Shown piece after piece: positions 9,143 through 17,335 of a stretch of DNA of 62,731 nt. Position 1 is the stretch's first letter. Each line of letters begins with the position of its first letter. The DNA is from a virus. Taxonomy: Duplodnaviria > Heunggongvirae > Uroviricota > Caudoviricetes. The stretch covers positions 1 to 62,731 of the IMG/VR virus record IMGVR_UViG_3300037510_000569; one strand, written 5' to 3'. A model generated the notes under the pieces. It was not told the DNA's origin. It did not search any database and was given only the letters and a program-made list of their open reading frames with translations. A program made the translations under genes and the position numbers.

Positions 9143-9324
9143 AAGGGGTCAAGATCAGCGTCAAACTCGGGCCGATGGAAGAAGGCTCGCTCAAACTGGA
9201 GGCTGGTGCCGTGCTGATCGAACTGGACGCCGAGCGGGGTGTCAGCAAGGAGCTGGAGGGGCTGATCCGAGAGGCCACCGACAACGCGAAAGCGGCGTCG
9301 ATCATCGGCAAGGCGGGCTCGTGA
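9139..9324 (+). CDS. hypothetical protein
   Basis: ATGA-coupled ORF. Confidence 0.55.
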   Translation: MKGVKISVKLGPMEEGSLKLEAGAVLIELDAERGVSKELEGLIREATDNAKAASIIGKAGS

Positions 9325-9764
9325 ACGCGCGCGAGGCTTTTCTTATCGCCATCGCCGCGCACCAGGGACAGGACGACAAGGGCGGTGTCCCCTACATTTT
9401 CCACCCGCTCTCGGTGGCCGACAAGGTCAAGGGTCTGGGCGAGGACTTCGAGGTCGTCGCCCTGCTCCACGACGTGCTTGAGGACACGCGCTACCCGCTC
9501 CACGAATCAGATTGGTCGCCCCGACAGCGGGAGGCGATCTTCGCCATAACCCAGCGCCGCGACGAGCCCTACTTCGACTACATCCGACGCTGCCGGGAGG
9601 ATTTCATCGCACGGGTAGTCAAGGTGGCCGACCTGAGACACAACCTGTCCCCGGAGAGAAACGGCGTCCTGCCGGAGAAGGAAGCCGCGAGTCTTCGCGC
9701 TCGTTACGAGAAATCCCTGGAGATTCTCGATGGGACCGACGCCGCGGCGTCGCCGGGAAGCTAG
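9321..9764 (+). CDS. HD-domain phosphohydrolase, SpoT/Mesh1-like
   Basis: AHQGQDDKGGVPYIFHP, ALLHDVLED, VKVADLRHN. Confidence 0.85.
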   Translation: MNAREAFLIAIAAHQGQDDKGGVPYIFHPLSVADKVKGLGEDFEVVALLHDVLEDTRYPLHESDWSPRQREAIFAITQRRDEPYFDYIRRCREDFIARVVKVADLRHNLSPERNGVLPEKEAASLRARYEKSLEILDGTDAAASPGS

Positions 9765-9792
9765 GCTAGGTAGACCGACCAAGGAGTCCTCC

Positions 9793-10113
9793 ATGCCAGA
9801 TGCACTCGCCTACGTCCTGATCGTTGTGCTTGCTCTTTCCGTCGTCGTCCTCGGCGTCATGTTCCTGCGCGCGTCAGGTGCCGAGGAGGAGTGCGCGCCT
9901 TCTGCGATTCCAGCCGAACCCCTGCCCCCACCGGCAGACGACTCGCCCAAGCTGAGCAAGCTCTCCGATGAGGCGCTGCGCCTCTTCGAGGAGGCCGGCG
10001 CGTCTTGGTGGTCAGAGGTCTGGGGAACGAAAAACCCTGAGCCACCCTACGACTGGGCGCAGGAGGGTATGCCGCGCGCCTTCGTCGGCGCGGGACGCGG
10101 GAGGGCGATCTGA
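9793..10113 (+). CDS. membrane-anchored hypothetical protein
   Basis: N-terminal TM helix; CCGACCAAGGAG at 9775. Confidence 0.6.
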   Translation: MPDALAYVLIVVLALSVVVLGVMFLRASGAEEECAPSAIPAEPLPPPADDSPKLSKLSDEALRLFEEAGASWWSEVWGTKNPEPPYDWAQEGMPRAFVGAGRGRAI

Positions 10114-10319
10114 TGCCCGAGAAGGTCACGATCACCCGCTGCAAGGGCGAGCTCGTAGGCGCGGCTGAGGCCGCGGAAATCCTTGGGGTCAAAGTCCCAC
10201 AGATCACTCGTTGGCGGCGCGCCGGAAAGATGCCGCCGCCCGTCGAGGAACTGCGCGCTACCTACGTGTGGCTGCGCACCGACGTGGAGCAGATGGCCGC
10301 GTCGCGCCGGCGCCCCTGA
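10113..10319 (+). CDS. AlpA/excisionase-like HTH protein
   Basis: LVGAAEAAEILGV...ITRWRRAGKMPPP. Confidence 0.7.
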   Translation: MPEKVTITRCKGELVGAAEAAEILGVKVPQITRWRRAGKMPPPVEELRATYVWLRTDVEQMAASRRRP

Positions 10320-10379
10320 ACCCTTTTTCCTCTTCCCGCTGTCCCCGAGCAAGGAGGTGACGCCACGGACAACCCGACA

Positions 10380-10491
10380 GACCCGCGCTGAACGAAGTCA
10401 ACGTAGGAGTGCGCCGCCAAAGAGCCTCGTCCAGAGGAACGCCCAGGCGGTAGCTGCGTGGGTCGGGCTTTCCGATGACCCGAACAAGGAG
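10380..10491 (+). promoter_or_regulatory. structured 5' leader of the Rpf gene (candidate switch)
   Basis: GACCCGCG/CGTGGGTC, CCGCC/GGCGG, CCTC/GAGG stems; GGGTC can alternatively pair with GACCC 10477-10481 next to the SD. Confidence 0.4.
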
Positions 10492-10499
10492 GCAAACCG

Positions 10500-11096
10500 A
10501 TGCGGAAACGCATCAGCGTCATCGCAATCGCGGTGGCGCTCGCGGCGCTCCTAACGAGCACCGCAACCACGCAGGGAACCGACGTGCATCCGTCGCTCAA
10601 GGAACGTTTGGGCTGCTACGAGATCACGACGGTCCAGGACTTCCGCGGCTTTGCCGAGAAGGTCTGGGACAAGAAGCGTTGGCGACGAGAGGGAGGTCAG
10701 CCCAAGCAGGCCACCCTCGACGCCATGCGAGAGAAGGTCCGCTGCGCGCGAAGCGCCAGCCACCGCAAGGCACAGAAGCGCGTCTGGCGGAAGCTCAAGG
10801 CGGCCTACTACGACTATCGCCAACGGAAGCGGGAACGAGCTCGCTACCTGAACGCGATCAACCCGCCTGGGGCGTCCGTGCTTGCCGCGATTCGCTCCTG
10901 CGAGTCGGGCGGCAACTACCAGATCATCGACTCGAGCGGCACCTATTTCGGTGCCTACCAGTTCAACCTCGCCGCTTGGCAGGAGGTCGGAGGGTCCGGC
11001 CTTCCGAGCGACGCCCCGCCCAAAGAGCAGGACGAACGGGCGGCGGTGCTGTATCGGATTCACGGCTCTTCGCCCTGGCCGGTCTGCGGCGTCTAG
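10500..11096 (+). CDS. secreted Rpf-like lytic transglycosylase
   Basis: Signal peptide; IRSCESGGNY...GAYQF..AW..GG....A..EQ..RA..LY...G..PWPVCG. Confidence 0.9.
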   Translation: MRKRISVIAIAVALAALLTSTATTQGTDVHPSLKERLGCYEITTVQDFRGFAEKVWDKKRWRREGGQPKQATLDAMREKVRCARSASHRKAQKRVWRKLKAAYYDYRQRKRERARYLNAINPPGASVLAAIRSCESGGNYQIIDSSGTYFGAYQFNLAAWQEVGGSGLPSDAPPKEQDERAAVLYRIHGSSPWPVCGV

Positions 11097-11101
11097 ACGA
11101 T

Positions 11102-11127
11102 CGGGGAGGGGCTTCGGTCCCTCCCCG
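11102..11127 (+). terminator. intrinsic terminator-like hairpin
   Basis: CGGGGAGGG/CCCTCCCCG stem with a CTTCGG loop. Confidence 0.7.
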
Positions 11128-11208
11128 AAAGTCAATCCAGGGGTAGGTGCAGCAGATGGGTCTAGGCTGGTTGAGCCAGTCCATGCCCGCAAACTTCCTC
11201 AAGCATGT

Positions 11209-11424
11209 ATGAACGGCGACCTGCTCCCGCCGCGACTGCTCCAGGGCGCGGGCCTACTCCTTCTCTTCGCCTCGTTCGGATGGTGGGTCTACTCGGGCAG
11301 CGAATCCGCTCTTCTCGTGGGGGCCGCGCTCTCCTTGATTGGCTTGGGCTCCTACTCGCAGGCCGCCCAATCGCTACGTCGGCGGAACGGCAACGGGAGA
11401 CGGGACGACGAGGATGCCCGATGA
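11209..11424 (+). CDS. small 2-TM protein (holin-like)
   Basis: Two hydrophobic helices, charged tail, follows the muralytic gene. Confidence 0.55.
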   Translation: MNGDLLPPRLLQGAGLLLLFASFGWWVYSGSESALLVGAALSLIGLGSYSQAAQSLRRRNGNGRRDDEDAR

Positions 11425-11606
11425 CCGACGCGCGCGTCCGCATCAACATCCTCCTCGTTGCGATCGCAACCTCCTACCTGACCCTCGGCGTGGCTAACGC
11501 AGAGTGGGCGGCTTCGCTGTGGTGGATCTACGCCATGATCTCGGGGACGCTGGCCTCCGCCAACCTGATCCTCGCTCACCGCAGCGAGAAGCGCAGGCGC
11601 CACTGA
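11421..11606 (+). CDS. small 2-TM protein (holin-like)
   Basis: Two TM helices, basic C-terminus RSEKRRRH. Confidence 0.55.
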   Translation: MTDARVRINILLVAIATSYLTLGVANAEWAASLWWIYAMISGTLASANLILAHRSEKRRRH

Positions 11607-12082
11607 TGCCCGAGAAAGACCCCAAAGAACCGCTCCTGCGCGAGGAGTACGAGCGCCGGCACAAGGCGCTGCAGACCAAGTACGAGACCTTCGCGCGCCG
11701 GACCTATCGCACCCTGGCCGTGTTCTTCGTCGGCCTGCTGCTTACCGCGGGCGCTGCGGGGTATCTGATCAACGAGAACGGCGAGCGCTCCGGCGAAATC
11801 ACCGAAAGCCTGGTCAAAGGCTGCAAGGAGAGCGGCAACTCTCTGCGCAAGACGGTGCGCAAGTTCGGCTCGACGCTGATTGAACAGACCCAGCGACAGA
11901 TCGACCAGAGCAAAGCCTTCGAGAAGTCCGGCGTCCTCGCAGAATTTCTCCCTAACTTCACGCCCGAGGAGCGACACGCGCTCGTGGTCAAAAGCCGTCA
12001 GGAAGACCGCAAAACCAAGCGCGAGTTGCGCAAAGCGAAGGCGAACGCCCACCCTGTTGCCTGCGAGGCGCGGTACCCATAA
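11606..12082 (+). CDS. single-TM coiled-coil protein
   Basis: TM LAVFFVGLLLTAGAAGYLI, two Cys in the ectodomain; TGATG coupling. Confidence 0.6.
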   Translation: MPEKDPKEPLLREEYERRHKALQTKYETFARRTYRTLAVFFVGLLLTAGAAGYLINENGERSGEITESLVKGCKESGNSLRKTVRKFGSTLIEQTQRQIDQSKAFEKSGVLAEFLPNFTPEERHALVVKSRQEDRKTKRELRKAKANAHPVACEARYP

Positions 12083-12094
12083 GTAGCCCGCATA

Positions 12095-12643
12095 TTGCGG
12101 AATCACCTGTGCCCAGCGTCCGTGGGCTTGGGTAGCTTCCTGGAGGTGCCCGACCAAGTCACCGAGCCGCCAGCGCTTGCGGCCCGCCCCCATCACGGCG
12201 GCTTCCCGATCCCCTTCATCACCGCGATCGTCGACGGCCGCCCCGACTTCAAAGTCCATGATCAGGCGCTGCGGGCGAGCTGTGCGACTCGAGGCCTGTG
12301 TCAGCTCTGCGGGACAGAGATGGAAGGCGGCGAGATGGCCTTCGTCGGCTTCCCGCGTTCGATCGAGCGCCGCGTCTTCGGCGAGCCGCCGGCCCATCCT
12401 GCCTGTCTTGACTACGCCTTCTCGGTCTGCCCCTGGCTCGCCGGGCGCGGCTGGGCCGAGGGCTGGGAGGAGAAAGCGCGCGTTGCAGGGATTACTGTGG
12501 CGCCAACCCCGGCCCCAGCTGAGGTGATGGGCGTCCTCTACACCGACCGCTTCTGGCTGGTCGACGACGACGAGGGCGTCAGCGACTTCAAGTTCCACGC
12601 GGGCGAGCCGACCCGCGCGATCGAGTGGAGGAGCCGTGGCTAG
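12095..12643 (+). CDS. conserved Cys/His phage protein
   Basis: PIPF..DF..HD..CQLCG..EPPAHPACLDYAFSVCP; start uncertain. Confidence 0.6.
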   Translation: MRNHLCPASVGLGSFLEVPDQVTEPPALAARPHHGGFPIPFITAIVDGRPDFKVHDQALRASCATRGLCQLCGTEMEGGEMAFVGFPRSIERRVFGEPPAHPACLDYAFSVCPWLAGRGWAEGWEEKARVAGITVAPTPAPAEVMGVLYTDRFWLVDDDEGVSDFKFHAGEPTRAIEWRSRG

Positions 12644-12821
12644 CTTCGTCTGTGCCTGCGGGAACAGCATCCCAGTCGAGGAGGTGGTGACGGTGGTGAA
12701 CCGTCCGCCCCGCGTCGATCCCGTGACCAGGGCTGTCAAAGCGCAGTCGGTCGTGCTCTGGCCGAGCATGGTCATCTGCGGGAGTTGCGGGATGGAGATG
12801 AAGGAGGTGGAGGATGCCTAA
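12636..12821 (+). CDS. Zn-ribbon protein
   Basis: CACG...CGSC. Confidence 0.6.
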   Translation: MASFVCACGNSIPVEEVVTVVNRPPRVDPVTRAVKAQSVVLWPSMVICGSCGMEMKEVEDA

Positions 12822-13845
12822 GAGCGCCCTGGCCTGCCTCGATGCCTTGCCTCAGTACCTCGGCTCCAAGCGCGAGCTCACGCCGGCGATCTTCCGCGCC
12901 GTGGGCCTGGCCGGCTTCCCGCCAGGGCGGGGCCATGTTCTGCTCGACGCCTTCGCTGGCGGATGCAGCGTCGCGCTCACGGGCAAGGCGCTCGGCTACC
13001 AGGTGATCGCCAACGACGTGAGCCTGCGAGCCGAGGCTGTCGGCCTCGCGTTCGTGGAGAACGACCGGGTGCGGCCGAGTACCGAGGATGTCGGCGTCGC
13101 CCTCGAGACCGGCGTGGAGGACTGGTGGCTGCCGCCGGTCAAGGACCTGCCCTGGCCCGATGGCGCTCGCGAGCTCCTCGCTCAGATCGCCAAGGCAGCG
13201 ATGAGCTACGAGGACCCCGCTCGCCGAGCGCTGATGCGCGCGCTGATGCTGAAGACCGCGACGCGGCTCTCGATGTGGGGCCAGGTGCGATCGCTCGGCG
13301 TCTCCCACGCGCGCCGGGAGCAGTGGGATGCGATGACCCGCACGCAGATCGAGCGAGTGCCCGCGCTCACCCGGCCACGCTCGATGATGCTGAAGGCGCT
13401 GAAAGCGATGCAGCAGGGGGTCTTCTCCAACGGCTACGAGAACCGGATGCTCCGCTACGACGTGCTCGATGTCTTCGACGCCGACCTGCCGATCGCCGAC
13501 GTGCTCTACCTCGACCCCCCCTACCCCGAGACCGAGACCTACGAGCGCAACTACTGGGCGCTCGACGGCATCCTCGAAAACGCTGCGCCGCCGCAGGGCC
13601 CAAGCCGCTTCAGCCGCGCCGGCGGCTGGCGTCACCTGGGCGATGTCTTCGATGCCGCGGGCGACATCACAGTCTGGGTCGTGAGCGTCGGCGGCAAGGG
13701 CGTCGATCCAGAAGAGCTGGCAGAGATGGCACGCGAGCGCGGCCGCGTCGTCAAGCAGCACGCGATCCGCTACGGCCACATCACCTCCAAGGAGAACGAA
13801 GAGACCAAGGCAACCAGTCACGAGCACATCCTCGTGGCGACCTGA
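12814..13845 (+). CDS. Dam/D12-class N6-adenine DNA methyltransferase
   Basis: YLGSKREL, LLDAFAGGCSV, IAND, LYLDPPY. Confidence 0.9.
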   Translation: MPKSALACLDALPQYLGSKRELTPAIFRAVGLAGFPPGRGHVLLDAFAGGCSVALTGKALGYQVIANDVSLRAEAVGLAFVENDRVRPSTEDVGVALETGVEDWWLPPVKDLPWPDGARELLAQIAKAAMSYEDPARRALMRALMLKTATRLSMWGQVRSLGVSHARREQWDAMTRTQIERVPALTRPRSMMLKALKAMQQGVFSNGYENRMLRYDVLDVFDADLPIADVLYLDPPYPETETYERNYWALDGILENAAPPQGPSRFSRAGGWRHLGDVFDAAGDITVWVVSVGGKGVDPEELAEMARERGRVVKQHAIRYGHITSKENEETKATSHEHILVAT

Positions 13846-13855
13846 AAGGACAGCG

Positions 13856-14170
13856 ATGGCAGAGAACACGCAGTACGTGGTGCTGAAGCTGGTCACGGCC
13901 GATGAAGTGGCCGAGCTCGCCAACCAGGGCCGGGAGTTCTGGTTGACGATCGACGACAGCGTTGGGGCAACCGGCAACACCGAGGCGATCAAAGCCGCGA
14001 CCAAGGACATGAGCGCTGAGGAGAAGAAGGGCACCTACGCTGCGCCCTCGGTGCGCAACTTCCCGGTGCTCAAGCGCGACATCCGCACCGAGGAGATCGA
14101 CGACTTCGGGACGCCGAGCACCGCTGGGACCAGGCCACGCACGAAACCAGAGCCGACGCCGGATGTCTAA
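13856..14170 (+). CDS. hypothetical protein
   Basis: SD AAGGA; GC3-rich ORF. Confidence 0.6.
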   Translation: MAENTQYVVLKLVTADEVAELANQGREFWLTIDDSVGATGNTEAIKAATKDMSAEEKKGTYAAPSVRNFPVLKRDIRTEEIDDFGTPSTAGTRPRTKPEPTPDV

Positions 14171-14825
14171 GAGCATCGAAGAGGGTCTGCGCCAGCCCGA
14201 TCTGCAGATCGAGAACCTGCCGATCGAGAGCGTCCAGCCCGACCCCGCGAATCCCAACGAGCTCCCGGACGACCTGCTCGACACTCTCAAGCAGGATGTC
14301 CGGGAGCGGGGCTTCGTTCAGCCCGTGCTGGTGCGCCCGCTCGAGGGCGAGGAGGAGCGCTACCAGATCATCGACGGCGAGCATCGCTGGAAAGTGCTGC
14401 TGGAGCTCGGCGCCGAGACCGTCCCGGCTGTCGTCGAGGACGTGAGCGAGGACGACGCACGGCTGCGCAACATCACGATGAACCGCCTGCGCGGTTCCTT
14501 CGTGCCGATCAAACTGGCCCTGCTGCTGGCCGACCTCAACCAGCGCATCCCCGAGGACGAGCTCCGCCGGCGTCTGGGGATGGATGAAGCCGAGCTCAAG
14601 GACTCGCTGCGGCTGGCGGAGTTCACCGACGAGCTCCCCGACAAAGTGCGCGAGGCGACCGAACGCGAGGAGAAAGAGGCGCCGGAGGTCCTACAGTTCG
14701 TGCTGACCAAGCGCGACGCGAAGGTGGTAGAGCGAGTGATCGGCAAACTCACCAACGAGACGACGGACCGGGCTAAGGCTCTGGTTCAGCTCTGCCGCGA
14801 ATACGAGAAATCAGGCAGCGGCTAG
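14163..14825 (+). CDS. ParB/Srx-like domain protein
   Basis: DPANPN..GFVQPVLVRP..YQIIDGEHRWK..N..RG. Confidence 0.85.
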   Translation: MSKSIEEGLRQPDLQIENLPIESVQPDPANPNELPDDLLDTLKQDVRERGFVQPVLVRPLEGEEERYQIIDGEHRWKVLLELGAETVPAVVEDVSEDDARLRNITMNRLRGSFVPIKLALLLADLNQRIPEDELRRRLGMDEAELKDSLRLAEFTDELPDKVREATEREEKEAPEVLQFVLTKRDAKVVERVIGKLTNETTDRAKALVQLCREYEKSGSG

Positions 14826-14847
14826 GGTCGTCTGGAGGGAGGACAAA

Positions 14848-16794
14848 GTGCTCGAACTGATCGGCGGCCCCTTCGACGGCCGGACTTACAACCGCAACCC
14901 CGATGGCAACGAGGTCCTGGTCGGTCCCCAGGGGCAGATTCGCAACCCTGGTCCTGACCTCGGCGAGAACACCCGCTATGTCGAGGATGGGGTCTGTCAG
15001 GGCTGTGGGGTCCGGGTCGAGAGCAAGACCGCCTCTGCCTCAAGCAAGAACCTGAAGGTGCGCCGCTTTGTCCTTGAGGAGATGGCGAAAGGTCAATGCG
15101 ATTTGTGTGGAAAGAAGGTGGCTTGATGGAGGAGTTCCCGCGCTGTGGTTTGCCCGAGGACAAAATCGACAACGCGCGCTTCGAGGACCTGATCCTCACC
15201 AGGGTTGATGCGAAGCGAGGCTCCAGCAGCTACGGCGTCGAGGCCGAAGGAAGAGGCTTCGGATTCGCCAAAGCGGCCGCCGTCCAGGCGGGCGTAGAGC
15301 CGCCCGAGGTTGGCGATCGCGTGAGGCTCTGGAGCTACCGGGGTTCGATGATCCTGGGCATGGCACTGCGTGGCACCGTGCTCTTCTACCGCACCGAAGA
15401 GGAGAACCAGGCGCAGCTTGCCGCCGAAGGCGAAGAGCGCGAAGCCAAGGAAAAGAAGGAGTGGGAAGACCACGGCAAGGCCGAACTTCAAGCCCGCTAC
15501 GAAAAGCTCCCCGAGGCCTTCCGTCATCGCCTCGATAAGTACCGTAACGGGCCGAACAAATCCTTTGGCTGGCAGTACGAAAGCTACGAGATGTTCTGCT
15601 GTGAGCAGGCTGTCGTCTATGCCGAGCAGGCGAAAAAAGTGGTTTCTGTCGCAATGGGAGACACCGCCGAGGTTGCGGCCTACTACGAAGGCAAGGGCGA
15701 GAAGTCAACCCCGCCGACGCCCGAGCTTCGCTGGCTCTTTTGGTGGAACGCGCTGAACTCGGTCGAGTACGACTACGACTACGAGCGCCAAACGGCTCTG
15801 ATGCCGGGCATGTCGGGCGACCACTCCGGCAACACCCACGGCACGGCTTTCCAGCTCGCTGTGATCTGGCTGAGCCCTGAAGAGGGTCTGGGTGATGAGG
15901 GTGTAGTCAAGCGCTTCGGCGCGCTGGCGCCCCTGGTCGGCTCAGAGACCTACGGAGACTCGATGCCCGAGGAGGCCCCCGCTGGGTAAGAACGTCACCG
16001 TCGTCATCAAACTCCCCAGGGACGAGGAGACCGAGGGGATCAAGGTCGGCGACATCATCCGTGTCGAGCAGGCAGAGACCGAGAACGCGGTCGGGCCGGT
16101 CGGCTCCGTTGTCGTCGTATGCAAGGTGATCGTGCCGCCGCACACCTTCGCCGACGAGGAGATCGGCGTGCCGGTCGAACTTCTGCCGGTCTCGGAGGCC
16201 AAGAACGCGACGATCCTCGTCACCGCTGAGTCCCAGAGACGGTCGTGAGCCGAGAAATCGAAATCTGCTACAACGACCCCGAGGGCAACCCTCTGCCGCC
16301 GCGCGAGGTCCTGGCGATCCTTGGGCGCAGCGGCACTCCCTTGCACTGGCTCGATCGCCGCGAGTGCGACGAGGCTGGCAGGGTGGCTGCGGCGGGCACA
16401 GACGAGGAGTGCGCGACTCTGCTGGAGAAGCTGGAGAAGGAAGCCAACCACCGGCTCGCTATGTGGCGGTGGAGCCAGTGAGCGTCGAGGACCTGCGCGA
16501 GCCCTCAGAGGAGGCGCTGACTCGCTTCAGTGACGAGGAGGGCTACCAGCCCTACGCGCACCGCGCCCATCTGCGCTTCAAGGCCCTGGCCTTCTACCTT
16601 TGGCGCTTCGCCTGCGACGGCCACGAGGCCGCGGCGCTGGCTACCTGCGATCGCTACGGGCACGAAGTTCGGGGCGGGCGCTGTGAACGTTGCGGGAGGC
16701 CGCCGCGATGATCGACCGAGTGATCTGCGGCGCTCTGGCGTTGGCTTGCATCGGCCTCGCCGGCGTCGTTCTCTACGCCACGGTTATTCACTAG
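14848..16794 (+). other. run of hypothetical CDSs
   Basis: 14848-15126 (Zn-binding), 15126-15989, 15982-16248 (CTG start), 16245-16481, 16478-16711, 16708-16794 (TM peptide); translationally coupled, GC3-rich. Confidence 0.6.
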
Positions 16795-16819
16795 CCCTGC
16801 TGCGGGCTACGATTGCTGC

Positions 16820-17335
16820 GTGGCCCGCGCCAAAAATGCCGCTGAGAAAGTTCAGCGGGACCGCCAGATTGTCGCTGCTAAGGCCCGCGCGCTCTCCGAC
16901 GCCACCGTCGCTGAGACCTTCGGAGTCTCAGAACGCCATGTGCAGAACGTCATGGCCGAATACCGTGAGAGCCAGCCGTCGCTGCGCACCATCGACCCGA
17001 TCGAAACCGTCGAGCAGGTCCTCTTCGAGCTGAGGGGCACGATCGAGGAGCTGGCGCTGATCTCCAGCTCCACCAAGCAGGACGCGGTTCGCGTCGGCGC
17101 GATCTCCAAGAAGCTCGACGCCACCAAGCAGATGACCGCCTTGATGCAGGCGACGGGCGTCTTGCCGAACGACCTCGGCACGCTCAAGGTGGACATGGAC
17201 GTGCGCGCCTTCGCCGCCACGGTCCTGCGCGTCTTCACCGAGGAGGGCGTGCCGCAGGAGACCGTGGCGAAGGTGATGGACGAGATCGCCTCCTTCACCG
17301 GACGCCAGCTGCCGAGTGGCAACGGGGACAGCTGA
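16820..17335 (+). CDS. terS: terminase small subunit
   Basis: N-terminal HTH (SDATVAETFGVSERHVQNVM), helical remainder, directly upstream of TerL. Confidence 0.65.
   Translation: MARAKNAAEKVQRDRQIVAAKARALSDATVAETFGVSERHVQNVMAEYRESQPSLRTIDPIETVEQVLFELRGTIEELALISSSTKQDAVRVGAISKKLDATKQMTALMQATGVLPNDLGTLKVDMDVRAFAATVLRVFTEEGVPQETVAKVMDEIASFTGRQLPSGNGDS

Noticed and set aside
10113-10319. Integration module implied by the excisionase-like HTH
   Set aside because: No integrase or att duplication seen in the window.
10330-10499. c-di-AMP (ydaO) riboswitch call
   Set aside because: Conserved GGGGAACC and GCUAAC elements are absent; kept only as an unknown candidate switch.
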